DNA from: Paraspadella gotoi
Lineage: Eukaryota > Animalia > Chaetognatha
Assembly (NCBI GenBank): GCA_051294375.1
Contig: CM119266.1
Coordinates: forward strand, 18,408,087 to 18,472,086
Length of the DNA stretch: 64,000 nt
Reading direction: 5' to 3'
Shown here piece by piece: positions 50,301 to 62,317 of the stretch (positions are counted from its first letter, which is position 1; every line of letters starts with the position of its first letter). The position numbers and the translations under genes are program-made. The notes under the pieces are model-generated. The model searched no databases and had not been told where the DNA came from. It worked only from the letters and a program-made list of their open reading frames with translations.

Positions 50301-53300
50301 CAGCGCCGACGGGCAGCTGGCGCGCCGCGGCAACTCCCCGGCGCTATGAGATGGAGAGGCGGAGGCGCGGTGGGCTTCTTCGAATCCGACGCCGGAACTA
50401 GCGGGCGAAACGCCGTCTACGCCCGAGGTTCGTTTGACGGCGCCGCCATCGGGGTCGTCTCCAGCGGGTGGCGCATCGGCCGATTCGGGCGCTGCCTCTT
50501 CCTCCAGCGAGATGTGGCAGTTCCATCCGGCCTCCAGCCCCATCTTCTCGGAGAATACGCGAGATCGGAGTTCGTTCTCTTTGGAAAAATGGACGAAGCG
50601 GATGCAGGCCTTTTCCAGTTCCTCGATGAGGTGGATGACGTCGAGTCTCGCCTGGTACTGCATGGTCACCATCCCAAGAAAGATCTGCTCGAACTGAACG
50701 CGAACTCTTTCCGAGATGGACTCAAGGCTGTTAGATTCGCTGGTGAAAGTCGGCAGCGGGGAGGATGACGCCGCTCGCCGCTCAGAAGTCTCCGTCGCTC
50801 GATCCGCCGTCAATTGAGAGACTAGTCGAACGCGAGACGTTTGGGGTTTGGCGGCGGAGGCCGCGTCGCCAGAGTCACGCGGCGGATCTGCCAGTGTACA
50901 AATTTTTTTTTAAAAGGTATGGTTAAAGATTTTTCCCTAAATCACTCGCCACGAAACTGAATCTCACCGGTGGTGCCGGAGTCATCTCCTTTATCGCCAT
51001 CCCGCCGCCGATCCAAACATTCTTCGCTGAAATATCGGTCGCCCGACTTGTCCGTCAGAGCGGCGGATGGAACGAAGGGCTGGACAGGAAGGCCGCGGCG
51101 CCAAAGGGGCGTGGCCCGGTCCTGGGCGCAGAAAGGAGACGTCATCCGGTCACCAAGTTTCCGGACGATGGCCGGACTAAGGAGAGCGTCGAGGGCATCC
51201 TTATTAAAGAGATTTGGTCAGAACAAAGAGCAAAGTGACGACATTATTCTAAATAAAACCTTGGAATCGGCGGGCAACTCCACGTAGACTTCAGAGTCGA
51301 AGGTTCCGTCCAACTTGGCGGCGCACCCCAGCGGACAGTAGGACATGGCGGAGCAGTGCGCGGCGAGGTTGTTGCGTTGGAAAAAGTCAAGGATCTTCTT
51401 GCGGTGGACGTCGTCGAGATGGGAGAGGTCGGAACCGTCCCAGAAGTCGGAGCATGTGTCCAGCACCACGTCCGCCGTTCCTTTAAAGAGAAGAGGCCGA
51501 TGGAAGGAGGAAGAAATTGCGAAGTTAAAATTATGTGTGGCGACGAATGTTTCGCCACGATGGAGACAACCCCGAGAGAACGCGGCAATCAACTAACTGA
51601 CTTGCTCACTTCTTAACACTCTCGCTTTCTCTTTTCAGTTTCATTTATGTACTAGTCTCTTATTCTTAAGAGGAAAGGTCATTCAGCATAACAATACGTA
51701 ATCATTGATGTGTTTAGAGCTAATATATCGAGAAATACATTATAGTCATCAGTAATCACAAAAAAATAAGTTCTTATTTATATGTAAACATTCCGTTTTA
51801 ATATTTTTTTTTAAATGGGTAAATAACAAAATTGTTAAGTTAAATGGGTAAGCACAGTTTCTAAAGATTCGTTTTTCAATCTGGTTGTTAAAAAATTCTA
51901 GGTAAGAAGTTAAAACACGGTATGGGATAATTTAGAAGGGGAGAATTAAGCAATTAATCTCGTTACTCTGTTGTTTTTCCAGTCATGAACAAAATCTTCA
52001 GTTAAATAGATGGTAAAGAAATTCGAGCTACAATGAATCTACACTGAATTTGAAGAGTTGCAGCCTAAACGACTGCAATAATATTGAATTAAAAATTTGA
52101 TTAGCAATCTTAAAAACATTTGTAAAAATGTAATAGAGAGACATTTTGATAAACGCGTTCCAGTTAGAAAGAATTCAGGGTTAAAGTTTAAAAACGTTTC
52201 ATTTTCAAGGATACAAGTTGAAATTTAAAAAGTGTCTCTCTATTACATTTTTCTAATTCAGTAATAAAAAATTCATAAAAAATATCAGGTGGATTGGCCT
52301 TTTCGTTTGACCTGCAACTCTTCAGATAGGTTTCTTTTATTTTATATTATAATTAAAACCGATATAAAATGGGGTAGAATGCATCAAATGCTTAAAGTGA
52401 ATACATTTTCGGAATCGCCAGGAGCTCAGCTTTCTGAATTTGTACTCCATTTTAGCCTATTTTAAAGTTGAATTGAATGACCCTTTTTCTTAAGGCCTCT
52501 CTGCATCGCCAATAAACGTTTTACAAATAAATATATAGGTGTGGCGGTATATTCACACCGCCTCACCTCCAGCTTTATTTAGCCAATCCCATTGGCTCAG
52601 AGGGGGAACGCACCATCCCAAGCGATGCTAGCACCATCTTCAGTCCTTCCTAACAACTTCCCTGTTGGCAAAGCGAGAACGTCCTAGGGTAACCGCGCCA
52701 GTGGCAGGCGGCGCCACTGAGGGTCGGAAGCCCCTAAAGCCAACAGTGAGATGCCCCATCCCAATGGGCTTCACAGGCATCATAAGTGGTGAGCCCTTCT
52801 TGAACGCGCAACCTTCTCAGGGTACGCTACGACAAACTCCGAAGCCCCCACTCTCCCATTATAGTAGCAGTTTTGTCAGACACCTCTCAGGCCTTGAGAA
52901 CCTGAGTGATGTTTTGGCCTGGGGGATCCTGTGACGGTATATTCACACCGCCTCACCTCCAGCTTCATTCAGCCAATCCCATTGGCTAAGAGGGGGAAAA
53001 ACCATCCCAAGCGATGCATTCTCTAAAGCCAACTGTGAGATGCCCCATCCCAATGGGCGAATTGGGCATCATAGGCAATCCGACTGTTGCTATATAGGTC
53101 CATTTAAGTGCCTCTTCAATTGTATTTATTACGTCTTAACTCCCCATCTCACCCTGAGACATGAGCTGCACCGCATCAGTGTCACGCTCCCGCATCAGCA
53201 CCGCAGCAGCGCTTGGGAGTGACGACTTTTGGCGGACGAAGTGACGCGTCCGCAGCGGCGCGTGCGGGACTTCTTGCAGGGCGACGGTTTTGGCGACGAG

Positions 53301-56300
53301 GGAAGGACGACGACGAGATTCGGGTTTCACCTGAGAAGAAAACGGCGGAACATCGTACATACGTCGAAGGAAATTTAAACCAAAAATACTTGAATCGATA
53401 TGAAACATATGATTCTAAAAGATCTTTATGATGAGAAGCTATATCTAAATTTTTAGCTTCCTATGGTTACACACTTTTACAATTTACAATGTAAAAACAA
53501 AATGTGACGACAACGACGGTCACAAAGAAGCAGAAGCGAAACAACATCTCGCCCAAGACGGGTCTAAGCCCGTCTGGCGAGTTAAAAATATTTTCGAATT
53601 CGCTTTAATGAGCGAGGATTCTTTTTTTTAAATTCGTCGTCCTACTTTTAAGCAGTAGAATATTTCAAGTAGACAGAAAACAAATAACTAAATAAAAATG
53701 GCTTTTACGGTCATTTCCGCAAATTATCCACCGCAAATCGACCCAACCAAAGTCCCTTTAGCTTACGGTGATCGCGCTCTCCCCAAGATCAACAGAGAGT
53801 TACAGGTTACAAAAATTTGAATGCCCCATTTCAAATAATATGAGCATGAAAATGTTTCCCGATTTTAATCTTCTGGGTATTTTCATTTGTTCAATATTAC
53901 AGCTTAGGTATAGCTTACGTACGTACTTTTTTTTACTGATTTTGGGATGTGGATCTTTTTGACCTGCCTTCATCTTGTTCTTGCTATGAATTTATTATCA
54001 AAAATCAAAAATAATAAAACTAATAATAAATATATAGTGAAAATAGTAATTTTGCCATTTTCATAACATTGATTTCAGGATCCAACACTCCTCACTCGTC
54101 AGCGAGCTTTAATGTCATTATGCGACGCTCTTCATGACCCAGAACGCATTGCGGAGGCTTTAGAAGTTGGAATCCCGAAAAGTCTAAAGAACTTGCTCAC
54201 AGATGAGGATACGACAGTTAGGTAGAAATGTTTGTCAATCGACGAAGATCGACCAATAGATTTAACTTGAGAAGATTTACTTTCTCTTCCAATTCGGGTA
54301 AATTAGGCAGAAGGCGACGGAGTGCCTCTCCATCATCGCCGGACATTCGATCGGACGTGACGCCTTCTTAGATCAAGACGTCGTCGCTCCGCTTTCAAAT
54401 CTCTTCGATGACCCGATAGACATCGCAAGGATAAACGTGCACAAAGTACTCGCATATGGAAGCAGGACATAAATACAATTTTAATTATAATTGTTCTATC
54501 AGGCAATAGAGATCATCGCGGAAACCTCCCATGGAGCAGCGGGAATCGTAGCTGCGAATCTTATTCCCCAGGTTGAAACCTCATTCTTGTAACATTTCAT
54601 TAAAACCCCGCTCATCACTTAAACACAGCATGTGCCCTCCAGCTGGTGGTCAAACTTCAAACGGAACTGGACCAAGTCAAAGACTTGATCCTGGAAACTC
54701 TGCATTTCTGTACAAGATTGAACACAGAACAAGCGATTGAAGCTGGGGCCATGGAAATTTACAAGGATCTACTCACTCACCCGATTCCCATCATCCGAGC
54801 AAAGGTCCAAAATCAGTTCTTTTCTTTTTTTCTTTCTATGGACAAATGAACTAAACATTTCACAATTCACTTTTCACGCAAGGAAGGCGGCACGCGACAT
54901 CCAGGATCTTTCCGTTCCGTTGGCCGGCAAGATAAAAGCCGTGAAGGTTCACGCTCTCACGGCGCTCGTCTCCGCTCTTAAGGACGAATCAATGGACGTG
55001 AGAGCCAAAGCCGCAGGAGCAATTTCGTCTATTACAATCACCACGGAGGTGAAACAAGTCTTTTCAGAAAAACTTTTCCTGGAAGGATTAAAGAAGCAAC
55101 ATGTGTCACAGGGAAAGAAAAGGGCGATTTTGGACGGAGCACTCAAAAATTTGCTGCTTCTCGTCAACGACGGGAATTCCGAGGTTCGACTCAACGCTCT
55201 CAAGTCGTTAACTTGTTTGAGCGAGGCGCCCGAGGGAAGGAGATACCTTCTACGTCACGTCGATCAGGTGAGATTAAACATTAACGAGTCATCAACGTAT
55301 ACTTTATACGTATTTGTAGAGGATTACCATTCTTAACCATTCTTATACAAATATATCCCTCTGATATATATTCTAAGAAGTTTTAAAAATATCTAATTAA
55401 TAATTTTTTTTAAAGATCCGAATTCTAACGTCTCTCGACTCTGAACGCAGCGGGGCGGTTCGCAGAGCCGCGGAAATCGCAGTCAAAGTCATCACATGGA
55501 AACCTGGATGCGAAAAATATTATTATACATAATAAAAATAATTTGTTTATTGACAACGATACTATCAGTCTTGATAAAATTTTTTCAACCTTTTAATGGA
55601 AACTTATATTTTTACCACAAAATAATGAAGTCCGAAAATACAACCTTTATGTTAAACAAGATAAACGAGAATTTTGTAAATATGGTTTCATTGAAACCAT
55701 AAAGAAGCTGTAAAAATAAGTAACCTTCCGGTAGGTGTAGGCCTGATGTTGCAGGGCGAAGATCTCCTTGGCAGAAGGGGCGAACCCTATCATGGCGGCC
55801 AAATCGCACATGCAGCGCCTCTCTAAAATCTGCAGCGGATGTGCAGGATCTTTGGCTGCTGCGGCAGAAACGTCGTCGTCGGCGCGGCAGAGCCGGTGAG
55901 AGACACACGCCAGGTGGTCGCTGAATTCCACATTCTTAGCGATTACGTCCTGAGGGTGGGATCGGGGAAGGAGGTCAATCAAAAATAGAGAGTGAGAAGG
56001 CATTTAATATTTTTTGAAACAAAAAGGTAGACCACCTTGTTGCAGACATTGACCAGAATGTGCAATCCGAGGGGCTTGAGATTAGCCACGTGCTTCCGCC
56101 ACCGCGGATCATCAAACTGAAGGCGGTAGCCGCATTTCTCTTCCTTGTGGGAGATGTTCAGGACCTCGACTCGAGTCTCTCGTCCGAAGATGCCGCTCTC
56201 GTCGTCGTCGGCAGCGGCGTCGATGAAAGTGGCAGCTGAATCACCGGCGCTCGAAGCTGAAGGAGGCAAGTTAGTATGTAAGAGCGCCGACGAGAGAAAG

Positions 56301-58113
56301 AGAGGTAAGTGTACCCTTACCGGTCTTCGACTTAAAGACGCTTTTGATTTCCTTCGTCGACGCCGACTCGGCATTCTCCGCGCTGTCGCCGGCGAAGAGA
56401 GACACGACGCTCGCGCGCGACGCCGATTTGATTTCGGCGTCGACGCCGACTTCGTCTTCGGCGGGGTCGTCGTCTAAACCGTCGGCGTCACGGGAGGTGA
56501 TGAAGAAGACCTTTTCCGGCGTAGGATCCGCGAAGGAGAGGACGCCATATTTGTCGACGCAGCAGATGGAAGAGACGGTGGCCAAGTTAGCGGCCAACTC
56601 GCAGGCGCGGTCCAAGCTGCCCGTCGGTCCCCGGACGCGACGAAAAAGAGTCGAGAAGAACCGGCGACTTCTCATCGGGGTTTTGGGGAGGCGGAGAAGC
56701 TCCTAGAAAAGGTGGTGGACAATGTGAGGCCGTTATGGATGGTTCTACGAGCGTCGAGCAAGTAAGAAGTTGGCACCTGTGAGAAATCCTTGACTATCGA
56801 AGAGGCACCGTCCCCTTGAATACTCAGAGATTCCAACTCCAAGAGCTTGTCGCTGCCGGGCAAAAACTGCCCCTTAAGGTCTGATCGAAAAACAAATGAT
56901 AAACTCGTAAAGGATTTCGAGCAAATGAATCAAATGATCAGCGACTTACCCTCGGCCTCCACTCTCCCACTTTCCCCGGTTTCCCCCTTTTCGTCTCCTT
57001 CCTCTCTTTTCCCTCTCTTCTCTCGTTCCTCTCTCCCGCCTCTTCCTTTCTTTCTCTCCCCAAATTCCTCCAAGACATTGACCACCGACGCGGAGGCGAA
57101 TGACTCGACGGCGAAGAACCACGCCACGCGCGCCACCGGCAAAACGGGGAGAAGACAGAAAACGAGGTGACGCAGGAGGAGAAGGGACCATGGATGTGGG
57201 CGTGGCTGGGCGGGGACGTGACGATGGAGGAAGAAAAGGACGAGGACGACGATGATGTAGACGACGAAGAAGGCGGGGATGAAGATTTTCTCGATGAGTT
57301 TGAGACGAACGTGAGAGTGGACCTTTAAAAAATAGTAATTATTGATAAATTTATTTTAAAGTCAACCTACCCAAATAAGAATTAAGTGAAATTGAACCCC
57401 AAGAACCCACCGTGTGCACGAGGGAATTCGGTCGCCCCGAGAATCGATCCACCACCGACGCGACGTTGCGAATCAACGGCGTCTCCAGGAGGACAAAGGG
57501 CCGAGGGGAAGCGGGGCGACGGGGTCGTGGCAATGGGGCGTGACGGAGAGTGGGAGGGACTGTGTCAGAAGGGCAGGGGAGGAACCGTTCTCCGCGAAAA
57601 AGGAAGGGATTTCTGTCAAGAGAGGAAAGAGATATTAAAGGGAGAAACAGTCCTTGTTACAAGGAACCTTTAATTTAAGAAGGATTCGTATAATCAAACA
57701 AGTTAAAATTCGTACTCGTCATCGTTGTCGTCGGCACGTCGACAATCGCCGGGTGCTACGCTCCCTGGCCGCAAGACGACTACGTCGCCCTTGACAAGCA
57801 GAGCTGTGGGAAGGTTGACCAAGCATCGATCACGGTAAGTCCACTAAAGTAGCAAAAAAAAAAAAAAACAAATAATTGGAGATGTTGGAGAAAAAGAAAT
57901 TTATGTAGTACGTAGAAATGGTGATGCACAATACATGTAACTGAGAGAGAGAGCGCAAAAAATAAACCTGAAGTGAAATGGAGGGAGAGTTTGGAAGGTA
58001 GAGCGGAGGCAAAGCTGCGTCGAAGGCGTCGGAATCGTCTTCAGATTCGCAGCGACGAACTTCATTCACGAGAGTCAACACTTTTAGCAGCGCCTCTTCT
58101 CTCTTCAAGCGCG

Positions 58114-58169
<56 letters not shown>

Positions 58170-59565
58170 TGAATTTCTCAAATAAGGATCATGCAGTCAA
58201 TCCTATGTTCGCCTCCCGTATAGCTGGTGATATCTGTGTGATTGTTAAGTTTGATGGTGTCGGCATAAACACGCCAGTGACATGGGGTGGTCACTGCAGG
58301 TCCAAATCCCTGAGAACTAGCTGTAGGGATATGCCTCACACCCCGGGCATTACACATGTCTCCCGCTGCCATAAAGGGATCATTTTGACTACTATGGGTA
58401 CATTGAATTCCCAAAAAGTCTAAAAAAGCGAACCTCTCGTCTCGAAAGCCAAACGTTGAAGGCGGCGAAAGCGAGAAGGATCGAGGCTTCGATGACGATG
58501 GCGGGAGAAATCGCGAGGACAACGATCTGAATAAACAAACAAATTAAATTGTCAACTACTAATATTATTATTATTTTTAGTCGGATGTTTATACGGATTC
58601 CTCAAAGATCCAATCGAGATTACAAAAGAGTTTGTTCCTGACACTGCTTATCAGCAGATCCCGACTCTATAATTCACTTTGTCGGTCAATTGGTCCGCCC
58701 CCTCAATATTGACGGGCATTCACTTATATCATGTCAGAACATCGAATAATGATAAATTATACAAAAAAAAAAAGATGTCCGTCCATCCGTCTGACCATAG
58801 CAAAAAACTCCAATTACTCGTGATTGGATGGGTGAATTAGAATGAAATTTGGTGTAAGGGTAGGGAAGTGTGTAATTGAGCTGGATATGAGGTTTCGATG
58901 GAATCGTGCAAGTGGAAATGAGTTTAAATGAAAAAAAAACCTGTTTCACAAATTGATTATGCTTCTTTTTATATTAATTGTAAATTCAAATAATTAATCA
59001 GTTAATTATTCAATTAGTTAATCAATAATTAATTAAGTCAATCAATCAATCAATTAATTGTTCAATCAATCAATTATTTATCTATTAATTATTTAATGTA
59101 TCAATCAAGTCAGTCGTCGTCGTCGCCATCATCGTCGTCGTTGCTTTTGTCGTGGTCAGTGACAAAAAGACCTAAGGCTAAAAACAAACATTTAGGATCA
59201 AATAAATTAATTAATTATCGCTAATGATCGTGGGCACATCCGACATTGTTTGCTCAAACTTTTATATTAATAAATTTTTAAGTTTATATTCTTCCCATCA
59301 CCTGTGATGCGAGGAGAGATACGGCACAGACGAGAAGCAACGCGAGACTCCAGCGATCGAAATGCGCCGCCTGAGAGAGCTTTGACAACATACTAACTCC
59401 GCCACCGTCGCCGCCACGCCACTCCGCCACGAACTCTTCCAGCTCCAGGCGGAGTCGAGCCAATGCCTCCTGAGAGTCAAGGCCCGTGGTGCCGGGGGAA
59501 TTAGACGACGGGCGGTTCCATCGCCGAGGGAAGGGGGCGTGTCCGACCGGAGAACGCAGCGCCAT
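47317..59565 (-). CDS. TMEM94: Transmembrane protein 94 (P-type ATPase-like ER protein), ~20 exons
   Basis: GLDSQEALARLRLELE N-terminus; SICCVDKYGVLS; FLGMVTMQYQARLD..IRFVHFSKENELRSRVFSEKMGLEAGWNCHISL; NRAKLPRGV..VRPHLEHVDNVPLLV; ends FDTKLGMNSPF*. Confidence 0.95.
49097..49245. mobile_element. Palindromic remnant resembling a Penelope-like pseudo-LTR inversion
   Basis: Outer arms aaagtttattttctgtttacaaacaacgagttt / aaactcgttgtttgtaaacaaaaataaacttt flank two inverted copies of a hammerhead stem II. Confidence 0.6.
49131..49164 (-). ncRNA. Minimal hammerhead ribozyme core
   Basis: Minus strand CTGAAGA-a-GACTC-gaaaaa-GAGTC-GAAAC-tc-GTT. An inverted partial copy on plus (49163-49189) ends GAAAC-gt-GTC. 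Confidence 0.65.
52051..52324. mobile_element. Palindromic MITE in a TMEM94 intron
   Basis: tgaagagttgcag..aaacga / tcgttt..ctgcaactcttca plus inner arms aaaatgtaatagagagacat / gtgtctctctattacatttt. Confidence 0.65.
52541..53090 (+). repeat. Hairpin-rich dispersed repeat, tandem copies C1/C2 (period 390 bp)
   Basis: gtggcggtatattcacaccgcctcacc at 52541 and gtgacggtatattcacaccgcctcacc at 52931; C2 is internally deleted. Confidence 0.85.
53400..53585. mobile_element. Possible non-autonomous Helitron/Helentron-type fragment ending in a GC hairpin
   Basis: Hairpin ctcgcc-caagacggg-tctaag-cccgtct-ggcgag at 53548-53581. Confidence 0.35.
53698..55532 (+). CDS. RSPH14: Radial spoke head 14 homolog (armadillo repeats), 8 exons, nested antisense in a TMEM94 intron
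   Basis: MAFTVISANYPPQIDPTKVPLAYGDRALPKINRELQ|DPTLLTRQRALMSLCDALHDPE..GHSIGRDAFL..VRRAAEIAVKVITWKP; junctions checked are GT-AG and in phase. Confidence 0.92.
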
Positions 59566-61127
59566 CCCAAAGGATCATGCGACACCATTCCTGTCGAATG
59601 AGTTTGGCGCCGGCGCCATGTTTTTACTCAATCTCTGTTTTTTAAGGGGGAAAATTAAAAAAATAATGATCGGAGAAAATATTTTCTTCTCTTTTTAAAA
59701 AAATGAAAAATATTTGATACTTTAAAAATTTAATCCGTCATTTGGGGGAACGAAAATATAAGCGTCATAATAATAATTGCGATCGCTAACCAATATCACT
59801 ACCAAAAAAGTATTGCCCTTGGAAAAGAGAGAAAAAAAAGAAAACATGCGCTTTATCAACGAAAATACAATAGAATAATAATCATGGATCGCACGCAACA
59901 AAGCTTGCCTTAATTACTTATATACTACGCTGCTAACCAAACGTTGGATTCTAGACACGAATAAAAATAACACAAACTACCAAAGCGAGTGTCCAAGTTA
60001 GGCAACGCTTTTTTTTTAAATTGTACGTTGTAATTCATTATAACAGTTAATTGAGTTGGTTAACATATCCTCCCACCCCCCATTTCTTGGATTCTCTTAT
60101 TATGTCGATCGTTAATCACTGAAAAAAGAAATCGAAGCCTGTAATACAAATACTTCTAGTGAACTATTTTAGGTATTAGTAAACATTTATTAAAATAAAA
60201 TAAAAAATTATCTCAAGGGGAGGTGAAAAAAAAACAACAAACAAAACACAACTGGGCAACGTTCGATGACAATTAATACTTGATTACGTAATTGAAAAAT
60301 AAAAAAAAGCGAAGCTTAAAAAAATTTAAAGGCTTTCCTTTAGTTCTTCGTTGAGAAAAAAAAAATTTCCCCCCAAAACACCAGAGAACCCAAACAAAAC
60401 CCCAAGTCACAGCGGATCACATTGCGGTTTATATTCGTTGCTCGTCCAAAAATATTGGACAAATCGATATATAAAAAAAAAATAAAACCCAATCTCCCGA
60501 GATTTTTGAGAAATAATATATATATACAACTACGCATTTAAATCGGCGTCAGAATAAGAAGAAAATGACTTAATAATATTTACTTCATAACGCGGGATGT
60601 ATCGCTTCGCGCCCGTATCTCTCGAACCGGAATTTTATCTAGTCTACTAATATATATATTCAAAATACAATATTTAAAACTAGCTGTAATAATTATAATC
60701 ATAATAACATCACGCTATTTTTGTGTGGGTTTTTCTCAGCAGAGAGCGACATCACAATCATCACATGAAGTTTCGTATCCGTTAAGAGTGAAGACGGAAA
60801 AAATAGAAGAAGGGGAGAAAAGATGGGGACAGAGAAAAAGGTGTAAGAATGAAAAATAAAAGAGGAAGAGAGGGAAGTGAGAGAAAGAGAGCGCAGATAA
60901 AAAGAGGACGGAGGAAAGAAGGCGGATCTCGTCCAAGGGAAAACAAGGCGGGGACGCCGCTGACGCCGCCGCTGCCACCGACGCCGCCGCAGCAGCCAGA
61001 CTTTTTTTATCTGAATTTCGACTTCGAATTGAATTTCCGCATTTTTTTTTCTTGTTTTTGTTTTGCTTTTACGGAGTAGGAGGAGGAGGAACAGGAGGAG
61101 CAGGCGGGATCGGCGAAACGGGAATCG

Positions 61128-62121
61128 TCAACATTGACAATTTCTGTTGCCCGGTCTGTGGCTCGAGCTCGGGTTTATCACGTTCGCTTCTGTTAAAGGG
61201 GGAAAGGGGAGGAGGAAGAGTGAATGATCGGCTCACGTCGTCGTAAAATGGTGAGGTCGACTTACCCGCCGTCTTTCCTGGCGTCTTGTCGAGAATCGCC
61301 TCGGCTAACTCCAAGAAGGCGCGCTCGATGTTCACATTCGCTTTCGCACTCGTTTCTGAAGCGTTCGGGAAAATTTATTTTTAAAATTGAATTCAACCGA
61401 TATCGTTTAAGAATTATCACGACTATTCTTTAACACGTAATTGGGGGACTAATTCACTCGGGAAAACTTAATAATAATAATTAATAATAATAATGCGCTA
61501 TAATTCTAAAAATTAAACTATCAATGTTCAGTTCGCCTTTTCATTTTCCCTCATCAATTCACAAAAAAGAAAACTAACCTAAGAATCGGATGTTGTGTTC
61601 CCTGGCGATGGACTCTCCCCTTTCCTTGGAGACCATTCGCTTGTCCTCCATGTCGCACTTGTTGCCCAGAATCATCTTCTCCACGTCTTCGTTGGCGTGC
61701 TCGTCGATGTTGCGAAGCCACTTGGCGATGTTGTCGAACGTCTTTGGTTGCGTGATGTCGTACACCAGCATGATGCCCATCGCGCCTTCAAGGATAAAAG
61801 CAAAAACAGAAAATTGGCCAATTGAAGATGGGAAGATAATGCGAACCCCGTGAATCCCCTAGAAAAGCATGCCTTCTCACCCCGATAGTACGAAGTAGTG
61901 ATGGTGTGGAACCGTTCCTGACCGGCCGTGTCCCAGATTTGGAGCTTGATCTTTTTGCCGCGAAGTTCGACGGTTTTGATCTTGAAGTCGATCCCAATCG
62001 TGGAGATGAAGGTCGTGTTGAAGGCGTCGTCCGAAAAGCGGAACAGGATGCAGGTCTTCCCGACGCCCGAGTCTCCGATGAGCAAGAGTTTGAAGAGAAG
62101 GTCGTACGTTTTCTTCGCCAT
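61128..62121 (-). CDS. RAB10: Ras-related protein Rab-10 (4 exons)
   Basis: [75 protein letters not shown]; last exon [20 protein letters not shown]. Confidence 0.96.
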
Positions 62122-62317
62122 AGTTTTTTTTTTTAAGTTTGATTTTCAATTAGAGATTTTCAATCGGCGTCTCCGCTTAACTAGTAAATAATCTTAGCCG
62201 CTTTTTAATTCTAATAAATTACAATAAAATAAATTAACTTTTTAAAATTTTTTTTATTAATTCGCAACAGAAAGACGTTTCCATTAGGAATGGATGGTAA
62301 GGTATTTTCTCTACCCC

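Noticed and set aside
56300-56345. KSKTGKGTLT in the TMEM94 ORF as a DKTGTLT phosphorylation motif or P-loop
   Set aside because: It lies in a low-complexity insert across a probable GTAAG donor. The homologous TMEM94 motif is the upstream CCVDKYGVLS.
60590-60645. Helitron 3' end (weak hairpin followed by CTAG)
   Set aside because: The hairpin is imperfect, and no 5' TC end or second copy is visible in the window.
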